DNA from: Planctomycetota bacterium
GTDB taxonomy: Bacteria > Planctomycetota > B15-G4
Direction: 5' to 3'
Length of the DNA stretch: 64,000 nt
Assembly (NCBI GenBank): GCA_965248575.1
Contig: CBDFJQ010000002.1
Location: forward strand, 384,001-448,000
Shown piece by piece: positions 56,914-64,000 of the stretch (within the stretch, counting starts at the first letter, position 1; each line of letters begins with the position of its first letter). Both the position numbers and the translations under genes were made by a program. Under the pieces are notes generated by a model. That model searched no databases. It was given only the letters and a program-made list of their open reading frames with translations, and was not told the origin of the DNA.

Positions 56914-58065
56914 CTACTTGACCTGGGACAGCTTGATGGCGCTGCGTTCGCGCGCCGAGATCATGGCTGCCTCCAGGACCCGCTGCGTCTCGTAGGCGTC
57001 CGCGAAGTCGGGAAGCGGGACGACGGGCTTCTTGCGGGACAGGGATCGCACGATGTCCGCCGCCATGTTGGTGAAACCGTGCTCGTAGCCCACGACGTGG
57101 GCGTCGGGCCACCAGTTCTCGGCATAGGGGTGCCCGCCCTGAGCATTGGTGCACATGATGCGGCGCCAGCCCGCGGTGCGCGGCCCCTCGGTTTCATCGT
57201 GGTACCAGAGCACGTTCATGTCTTCGAAATCGAAGCGCAACGAGCCCGACTCGCCGTTCAGCTCGATGCCGTTGCGGTTCTGGTGCCCCGCCGCCAGGCG
57301 TGTGGCTTCGAAGCTGCCCGTCGCTCCGCCGGAGAAGCTAGCGAGAAAGAGGGTGGCGTCATCGACATCGCTTCGGCCGACAGCCTTGGGGTCATCGGGC
57401 TTCGTGCGTTGCTTGATGAAGGTGCGCGACACCGCGCCATGAATCTCCGTGATGGACTCGCCCGTGATGAAGCGTGCCATGTCCACGATGTGTGCGTTGA
57501 GATCACCATGGGCACCGCTACCCGCGTGCTTCTTTTGGAATCGCCAGCTGAGCGGCGTCCCGGGGCCTCCCCAGCTCTGCAGGTAATGGGCCCGGACATG
57601 GTAGATCGCCCCTAGCCGCCCCTCCTTGACGAGTTGGTGCGCCAAGGCCACGGCGGGGCAGCGCCGGTAGTTGAACCAGACGAAAGTCTGTCCCTGGGCT
57701 GAGGCGGCCGCCTGTTTCATGGCACGCGCTTCGTCCAGGGTGCGGGCGAGGGGCTTCTCACAGGCGACGTGCTTGCCGGCCTCGAGCATGGCGAGCGCCT
57801 GCTCGTGATGGACGTGGTTCGGTGTGCCGATGTCCACGAGATCAATCTCAGCGTTGTCGGCCAGGTCCTGCCAGCGGACGGTCCAATGCGGCCAGCCCCA
57901 CTGCGCCGCGAACGACTCGGTCTCCTCGGCGTTGCGCGCGGCGAGGGTGTGCAGCTGGACAGCCCGCGGGAGCTGGAAGAATCGCCCGGCCTGGTGCCAC
58001 GCATTGCTATGAGCACGGCCCATGAACTTGGCACCGATCAAGGCGACCTGCAGCGGACGGGGCAT
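56914..58065 (-). CDS. Gfo/Idh/MocA oxidoreductase
   Basis: IGAKFMGRAHS, HVACEKP, FNYRR, GSGAHGDLNAHIVD. Confidence 0.92.
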   Translation of the reverse strand: MPRPLQVALIGAKFMGRAHSNAWHQAGRFFQLPRAVQLHTLAARNAEETESFAAQWGWPHWTVRWQDLADNAEIDLVDIGTPNHVHHEQALAMLEAGKHVACEKPLARTLDEARAMKQAAASAQGQTFVWFNYRRCPAVALAHQLVKEGRLGAIYHVRAHYLQSWGGPGTPLSWRFQKKHAGSGAHGDLNAHIVDMARFITGESITEIHGAVSRTFIKQRTKPDDPKAVGRSDVDDATLFLASFSGGATGSFEATRLAAGHQNRNGIELNGESGSLRFDFEDMNVLWYHDETEGPRTAGWRRIMCTNAQGGHPYAENWWPDAHVVGYEHGFTNMAADIVRSLSRKKPVVPLPDFADAYETQRVLEAAMISARERSAIKLSQVK

Positions 58066-58285
58066 CGGCAACTCTCTCATGGGGGAGCGGAGGTGGCAGG
58101 GCTGTCATCCCATCTGAAATGGGAGCCGGGAACAATGCTCTGGCTGGATAAGTGCTTCGGCCCGGCTCCAATCGCTGTTCCCCTGGTGAGAGACGGCCCG
58201 CTCGTGAGTCACTCAACACCGGGCGGAACTGCGCTGAGCTGAGATCATCGAAGGCCTGCTGATGACAGGGACTGAGCGAGGGCCG

Positions 58286-59416
58286 TTAGGCTCCGCGGGA
58301 CTGCTGAAGTCGGGTGGCGATGCGCTCGGCTGCCCGGTCCACGGCCCCTGGCTGGAAGCAGCGCTCGCGCAGCACACGCAGGGCTTGCAGCTGCTCCCCA
58401 TAGGCCGGCGTGTCCGTGACGAGTGGCTCGATGGCGTCGAACAAGGGTTGAGGTTCCTCAGTCGTGAGCAACAGCTCTGGGGTGACCTCGCGTCCGCAAA
58501 CGAGATTCACCTGGCCCACGAAGGGCGGCACCAGGATGGCCCGCCGCATGCGCTCTTCCATGGGCGTGAGGCGGTAGAAGACCACGAGCGGCGTGCCGAG
58601 CAAGGCCGTCTCGAGGGTGGCGGTACCGCTGCCCACCAGAGCGCAACGGCACGAGGCCATGACGCCGTGGATGTCGTCGCCATGCAGCTGCAAGGGGACT
58701 CCTGCAGCCGCCGCAGCGCGCTCCATGTTCTTGAGCTCGTCGGGGGAGACGTGCGCCGCATGGAAGCTGATGTCGGGGTGCCGTTGCGCCAAGAGCCTGG
58801 CCGTCTCGAGCAGCAGCGGCATGTGTTTCCGGACTTCGCGCCGACGACTGCCCGGCAGCAAGGCAACAGGGCGAGGAAGCTCCTGGATCTCGCGCCGCTC
58901 GGGGGGGCTGGCCGGCAAGGCGTCCACCAGGGGATGGCCGATCCAGTGGGCGGTCATGCCAGCGTCGCGAAAGAGGGCTTCCTCAAACGGAAAGATGACG
59001 TGTGCCTCGTCGACAACCCGGGCGAAGCGGCGGATCCGCCAGGGTGCCCAGGCCCAGAGTTGGGGGGCCACGAAGTACACGACCGGGATGCCCCGCCGAT
59101 GTGCCATGCGGGCCAGGAAGAGGTTGAACCCGGGATAGTCGACGAGCACGAGCAGGTCGGGCCGACGCTTGGCGAACACGCCGGCCACCTGGCGCAGCAG
59201 GCGCAGTAACTGCGGCACGGCCTTCACGGCAGGCCGGATGCCGATGATGGCGTGGGACACGAGGTCGGCATGCAGTTTCACGTCTGCCGAGGCCAGCTCC
59301 CGGCCGCCGAGACCTTCCACTTGCAGCTGTGGAACACGACTACGCAGCGCGCGCACCAACCGTGCGGCATGCTGATCTCCCGAGGTGTCTCCGGCGCTGA
59401 TGAAGAGCTTCGGCAT
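58286..59416 (-). CDS. lpxB: Lipid-A-disaccharide synthase
   Basis: ISAGDTSGDQH, VDYPGFNL, APQLWAW, IFPFE, GHPL, LLPGSRRRE, SGTATLE. Confidence 0.95.
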   Translation of the reverse strand: MPKLFISAGDTSGDQHAARLVRALRSRVPQLQVEGLGGRELASADVKLHADLVSHAIIGIRPAVKAVPQLLRLLRQVAGVFAKRRPDLLVLVDYPGFNLFLARMAHRRGIPVVYFVAPQLWAWAPWRIRRFARVVDEAHVIFPFEEALFRDAGMTAHWIGHPLVDALPASPPERREIQELPRPVALLPGSRRREVRKHMPLLLETARLLAQRHPDISFHAAHVSPDELKNMERAAAAAGVPLQLHGDDIHGVMASCRCALVGSGTATLETALLGTPLVVFYRLTPMEERMRRAILVPPFVGQVNLVCGREVTPELLLTTEEPQPLFDAIEPLVTDTPAYGEQLQALRVLRERCFQPGAVDRAAERIATRLQQSRGA

Positions 59417-59442
59417 GGGCTGGGCAGGGTGCCGCGCGGTGC

Positions 59443-59877
59443 TCAATCGAGAACGCGGATGCTCTCGCAGAGGAGGGCCAGGGTGGTCTGGGCGCGGTCC
59501 AGGTGTGTGGCGGACACCAGCAGGTGGTCGCGACTGAAGGCCGTCACGGCTCCGAGCGGGATCGAGGCAGCTGCGAGGGCGCCACTGACGGCTGAGAGGA
59601 CGCCCACCACATCCCAGTCCATCACGGTGTCCAAGGTGAGTAGGCACCAGCCGTCGTCGCGACGCAGAGGGGCCGGAAACTCGCGCATCGAGGCTGCGGG
59701 GACAAAGGCCGTGACCTCCATCTCATCGCTGATGACGAAGGTGTGCTGTTCGCGGGATCGAAGCAGGGCACCAAAGACAGCTGACAGCTGGTTGGTCTGC
59801 CAGGCCGCCAGGGTGAACGGCCCACGGCGAACCAGCAAAGTAGTGTGGGCCAGGATCTGCTCGGGGGATGCGCTCAC
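59443..59877 (-). CDS. Small ACT-domain protein (ACT_7-like)
   Basis: GWCLLTLD...VVGVLSAVSGALAAASI...AFSRDHLLV. GTGA-coupled to the transporter gene. Confidence 0.75.
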   Translation of the reverse strand: MSASPEQILAHTTLLVRRGPFTLAAWQTNQLSAVFGALLRSREQHTFVISDEMEVTAFVPAASMREFPAPLRRDDGWCLLTLDTVMDWDVVGVLSAVSGALAAASIPLGAVTAFSRDHLLVSATHLDRAQTTLALLCESIRVLD

Positions 59878-61682
59878 GAAGCCAGCGCCTCGAAAGGCCA
59901 GAACCAGGGGATGACCCACATGGACACGATGAACAGCAAGACGTTCAACGGCAGGCCGATCCGCAGATAGTCGGTGAAGCGATAGCCGCCTGGCGCGTAG
60001 ACGAAGAGGTTTGTCTGGTATCCGATGGGGGTGGAGAAGCTCGCGCTCGCACCGAACAGCGTGGCGAAGACGAAGGGCTCTGGTTGATACCCCATCGAGA
60101 ATGCGGTCTGGATCGCCAGCGGCGTGACGAGCACGGCCACCGCATTGTTCGAGACGAGACTCGTCAGCGCCGCAGACAGCAGGTAGATCCCCGCCATCAC
60201 GGCCAGGGGGCCGTTGGATTGGAGCGAGTCCACGAGCCAGCCGCTGGCGTGGTCCAGCACACCTGTCTTGTCCAACGCACGGCCCAGGGCGAGCATGCCG
60301 GCGATCAGGAACACGATGCTCATGTCGATGGCGTCGTAGGCCATGCGCATGGACAGGCACCCGGTGAGCACCATGAGCGCCACGCCGGTCAGGGCGAGGG
60401 TCACGATGGGAAGGATCTCCAGGGCTGCCAGCAGGACCACGAGGGCCATGATGCCCAGGGCGATGGGGGCCTTGTCGTGCCGCACCACCTGCCGCTCCAC
60501 GCCTTCCAAGAGGATGAACTCGTTGGATGTGCGCAGATTCTCGATCATCGATTCTTCACAAACCACCAGCAGCGTGTCACCGAGTCTGAGTCGGATCTCG
60601 CTGACCCGCTCTCTCAGGTGCTCGTCGCGACGCAGCACGGCGATCGCGGCGGCGTTCCCATGCCTCCGTGCAAAGCCGGCACGGGCGATGGTGCGACCGA
60701 TGAGCGGGCTGTTGGGGTTGATGACCAACTCGACCATGGTCATGGTCTTGCCCTTGCCCTCCTGGGCGAGCAAGGCGCCCAACTCCGAGGGCAACGTGAT
60801 GCCATCCCGGTCGAGCAGTGCATTGATGGCCCCGGGCTCGCCCTTCAACAGCAGCACATCCCCCTCGCGGATGAACTGCGCCTTTGGGTTGGCCACCAGG
60901 GGGGCGAAGACCACGTCGTCACCGCGGATGAGCATCAGCGGCGTGATGCCCTGAGACTTGGTGAGCAACTCCTGGTAGCTCTTGGAGATGAGCGGGGAGC
61001 CTGACTCGAAGCAGACCTCGGTCACGAACTCGCGGATGCGCCCCGCCGACGTGGCGTTCGAGACCGACATGCGGTCGGGCAGCAAGCGCGTGGCAAAGAG
61101 CCCCATGAAGGCGAAGCCGACCGCGGCGAAGATGATGCCGGGGATGGAGAACTCGAACATGCTCATGGTCATGTGCGAGTGAATGCGTGCCTCCTCGGCC
61201 ACGAGCAGGTTGGTGCTGGTGCCGATCAAGGTGCAGGTGCCGCCCATGATGGATGCATAGCTCATGGGGATCAGCAGCTTCGACGGAGCGATGTCGAAGG
61301 AGGCCGCGGCGCCCAGCACGATGGGCAGGAAGATCACGGTCACCGGGGTGTTGTTCAGGAAGGCGGAGCTGACGGCCACGGTGACCATCACCATGAGCAC
61401 CAGCCGTTTCCCGTTGCCCTTGGAGATGTGGAACATCAGGTGCGTGATGCGGTCCAGCGTGCCGGCGCGGATTAGCCCTGCCGACAGCACGAACATGGCC
61501 GCAACCGTGATCAAGGCCGGGTTTCCGAACCCGTCGAACACCTCGCTGGGTGTCAGGGTGCCGCGCAGCACGAGGGCAACCAGGATCAGCAGACCGACGA
61601 GGTCGACTGCCAAGGCCTCCGTGACGAACAACGCGAAGGCGCCCACCATGACGGCGAGCACGAAGTACGCATCAGGGCTCAA
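59874..61682 (-). CDS. SLC13/CitMHS permease with TrkA-C domains
   Basis: SAFLNNT, LIGTSTNL, two cytoplasmic TrkA-C-like modules, SNNA, TPIGYQTN. Confidence 0.92.
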   Translation of the reverse strand: MSPDAYFVLAVMVGAFALFVTEALAVDLVGLLILVALVLRGTLTPSEVFDGFGNPALITVAAMFVLSAGLIRAGTLDRITHLMFHISKGNGKRLVLMVMVTVAVSSAFLNNTPVTVIFLPIVLGAAASFDIAPSKLLIPMSYASIMGGTCTLIGTSTNLLVAEEARIHSHMTMSMFEFSIPGIIFAAVGFAFMGLFATRLLPDRMSVSNATSAGRIREFVTEVCFESGSPLISKSYQELLTKSQGITPLMLIRGDDVVFAPLVANPKAQFIREGDVLLLKGEPGAINALLDRDGITLPSELGALLAQEGKGKTMTMVELVINPNSPLIGRTIARAGFARRHGNAAAIAVLRRDEHLRERVSEIRLRLGDTLLVVCEESMIENLRTSNEFILLEGVERQVVRHDKAPIALGIMALVVLLAALEILPIVTLALTGVALMVLTGCLSMRMAYDAIDMSIVFLIAGMLALGRALDKTGVLDHASGWLVDSLQSNGPLAVMAGIYLLSAALTSLVSNNAVAVLVTPLAIQTAFSMGYQPEPFVFATLFGASASFSTPIGYQTNLFVYAPGGYRFTDYLRIGLPLNVLLFIVSMWVIPWFWPFEALAS

Positions 61683-62629
61683 CGGGCGGCCAACCCGAAG
61701 GAGGTTCGCCAGGCGCTCGGTGCTTCGCCAGTGCCATGCACGACCCCGAAGAATGCGTCCTGCAACTGCGAGGTGACGGGGCCCGCCTGTCCTTCACCGA
61801 TCTGTCGCCCGTCCACCTCGCGAACCGGGGTGACCTCGGCCGCGGTGCCCGTGAGGAACACTTCGTCGGCGACCATCAAGGCATCCCGCGCGATGTTGCA
61901 TTCCACGATGTCCAGCAGTCCGAGGGATTCCTTCAGACGGAAGGCGAGGCGCAGCACCGTGTCGCGCGTGATTCCGGGCAGGATGGCGGCGGACGGGGGA
62001 GGAGTCATGAGCACGCGGTCGCGGATCATGAACAGGTTCTCTCCGCTGCCTTCGCAGACGTGTCCGGTGTCATCCATCAACAGGGCCTCGTCGAAGCCCA
62101 GGTCCACCGCTTCGCGCTTGGCCAGGGTGGAGGTGACGTACTGGCCGTTGATCTTGGCGCGGGACATGAAACTGCCCAGTCCCCCGCGGCGGTAGGCGGA
62201 CACACGCACCCTGATGCCCTTGCGCAAGCCGTCCTCGCCCAGGTACGCACCCCAAGCCTGGGCCGCCACGGCCACGTGCACGGGGGGCATGCTGCCGAGA
62301 CCGCCGAGGGTTCCATCGTCTTGCCAGACCACGGGGCGCAGGTAGCCGTCCTGGAGTTCGTTGGCCTGCAGCACATCGACACAGGCGTGGGCCAGCTCTT
62401 TGCGGCTGAAGGGCAGGGTCAGATTGCAGACGCAGGCGCTGTCCTCGAGCCGGCGTAGGTGGTCACCCAGACGGAAGATCGAGGATTGGCCCTCTTCGCC
62501 GGGAGCGCGGGAGGCATAGCTGCGGATGCCCTCGAACACGCCCACTCCGTAGTGCAGGGTGTGGGCGAGGACGCTGACACGAGCCTCTTCGAGAGGCACG
62601 ATCTGTCCGTCGATCCAGGTAGAGGGCAT
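61679..62629 (-). CDS. ilvE: Branched-chain amino acid aminotransferase
   Basis: LHYGVGVFEGIR, YLRP, AKINGQY, EGSGENLF, ILPGITR, GTAAEVTP. Confidence 0.95.
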   Translation of the reverse strand: MPSTWIDGQIVPLEEARVSVLAHTLHYGVGVFEGIRSYASRAPGEEGQSSIFRLGDHLRRLEDSACVCNLTLPFSRKELAHACVDVLQANELQDGYLRPVVWQDDGTLGGLGSMPPVHVAVAAQAWGAYLGEDGLRKGIRVRVSAYRRGGLGSFMSRAKINGQYVTSTLAKREAVDLGFDEALLMDDTGHVCEGSGENLFMIRDRVLMTPPPSAAILPGITRDTVLRLAFRLKESLGLLDIVECNIARDALMVADEVFLTGTAAEVTPVREVDGRQIGEGQAGPVTSQLQDAFFGVVHGTGEAPSAWRTSFGLAAR

Positions 62630-62893
62630 GTGTGATGTCCGTGGGCTGGCCGTCGAGACGGCCTGAGTTGTTCGACTGCCGGTGTCCATCCATCCCTGGG
62701 GGCGTTCCATCCAGCCGTCAGTTCCCGCCAGGGAGGCTCGGCCATTCTATCCAAGTCGCGGCCCCCGGGTGAGCTGTTGATGCAGCAGCATCCCGGCCGA
62801 AGCGCCCTTGCAGCAGCAGATTCTCCCAACGCGCCACTCTCGGGCCGAGTAGATCTCTTGCTCCCACGACCCTTGAGCGGTTAACTCCGAGGC

Positions 62894-64000
62894 ATGGCTC
62901 CTTTTCTAGAAACAGTGCTCTGCTCTGCCCGGCGAAGCATTCGCCTGGGTTTTTGCGCCCTCGGTCTCGCCTGTCTCGCAACAAGTTGCGGTGACGGCCA
63001 GGCAGTCGCCGAGCCAGCGGCGCCTGTGCTGCTGGTGGGGGTCGACGGGCTGGAGTGGGAGGTGTTGCGCCCACTTATGGAATCTGGTCGATGCCCGAAC
63101 CTGCGGAAGCTCGCTGAGTCCGGCAGCTTCGGCAAGTTGGGCACTTTCATTCCGACGCACAGCCCCGTGGTCTGGACATCCATCGCCACGGGCAAACGCA
63201 TGGAGGAGCACGGCATCACCAGCTTCTTGGATGGGCAGCAGCGAGCGTTCACGTCCTCTCGACGGAACGGGCGCGCCCTCTGGAACATCACCGATCTCTA
63301 CGGCTTGTCGTCCAATGTCTTCGGCTGGTGGATTACCTGGCCGGTGGAGCCGGTGCGCGGCGTGATGGTCAGCGGTACGAGCGCCGTGGCGCAGCTGGCG
63401 GACAACTGGAAGCCAGCGCTCATGCCTGATGTCGAGGACCAGGTGCACCCGCCAGAACTCACGGAGCAGGTGTTGCAGCTCGCCGCAGAGGCCGGCTCGG
63501 AACAGGAGCTCATCCGCCTGGCCCGGGAGAAGGTCTTCGGCAACTACGCCGAGGGCATCATGGGGGCCGCCGAAGAGAAGCTCATCGACCAGACCCTCTG
63601 GTCCGTACAGTCCGATGCCACCTACTTCAGCATCGCCAAGACCCTCATCCCGGAGCATCCGGCCGACCTGAACATGGTCTATTTCGGTGGACCCGACGTG
63701 GCCGGCCATCGGTTTTGGCGGCACCTGCATCCGGAGGGTTTCGCCTATTCTGGCACGAGCGCCGCGGCCGACGAGGCCCTGGCTGACGTCTTGCCCAGCT
63801 ACTACGAGTGGGTGGACGGCATGATTGGTGAACTCGTGGGCCTGGTGGGACCAGGCACGACCGTGATGGTGGTGTCCGACCACGGCATGCACGCCATTGC
63901 CCTCAAGAAGGCCAACAGCGCCCACACCACAGGGGACCATCAGGATGGTGCCCCGGGGGTGCTCATCGCGTCCGGGCCCGGCATCCGCGAGCAGGGGGAC
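62894..64000 (+). CDS. Alkaline phosphatase superfamily phosphodiesterase/nucleotide pyrophosphatase lipoprotein (runs off the right edge)
   Basis: Manual translation from ATG 62894: lipobox LATSC, VLLVGVDGLEW, SPVVWTSIATGK, HGI, DVAGH, VVSDHG. Not in the ORF track because there is no stop in the window. Confidence 0.85.
   Translation, partial: MAPFLETVLCSARRSIRLGFCALGLACLATSCGDGQAVAEPAAPVLLVGVDGLEWEVLRPLMESGRCPNLRKLAESGSFGKLGTFIPTHSPVVWTSIATGKRMEEHGITSFLDGQQRAFTSSRRNGRALWNITDLYGLSSNVFGWWITWPVEPVRGVMVSGTSAVAQLADNWKPALMPDVEDQVHPPELTEQVLQLAAEAGSEQELIRLAREKVFGNYAEGIMGAAEEKLIDQTLWSVQSDATYFSIAKTLIPEHPADLNMVYFGGPDVAGHRFWRHLHPEGFAYSGTSAAADEALADVLPSYYEWVDGMIGELVGLVGPGTTVMVVSDHGMHAIALKKANSAHTTGDHQDGAPGVLIASGPGIREQGD

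Noticed and set aside
58122..58169. GGAGCCGGG/CCCGGCTCC inverted repeat upstream of the Gfo/Idh/MocA operon
   Set aside because: 9-bp GC arms with a 30-nt loop and no U-tract or riboswitch signature; cannot be distinguished from chance.

Overview
High-GC bacterial chromosomal window with no integrase, transposase or CRISPR array. The gene content (DUF1080 expansion, Tat Gfo/Idh/MocA, ECF sigma/Ser-Thr kinase pair, lpxB) suggests a deep-branching Planctomycetota; this is inference. Left to right: partial RluA-type pseudouridine synthase; clpB with a sigma54-type promoter; cyclodeaminase; a secreted CxxC protein whose signal peptide is joined to the body through an in-frame TGA followed by a SECIS-like hairpin (candidate new selenoprotein); an ECF sigma/anti-sigma/PDZ-lipoprotein unit with two matching ECF promoters, flanked by two paralogous beta-propeller+Ig proteins; tRNA-Ala(CGC); an RND pump; moeA; lnt; a complete but divergent mreB-mreC-mreD-mrdA-rodA operon; gdhA; a kinase/ECF pair; a bacterial microcompartment (BMC) locus with a Haliangium-like shell set, an aldehyde dehydrogenase and an ACT/DUF711 pair instead of a known signature enzyme; an SPFH/Arc operon with a palindromic operator; a large 3-keto-glycoside-type catabolic cluster with an ApbE-DUF1080 fusion; lpxB; an SLC13 transporter; ilvE; and a partial phosphodiesterase. 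All family calls come from motif recognition by eye, not from database searches, and several start codons are estimates.
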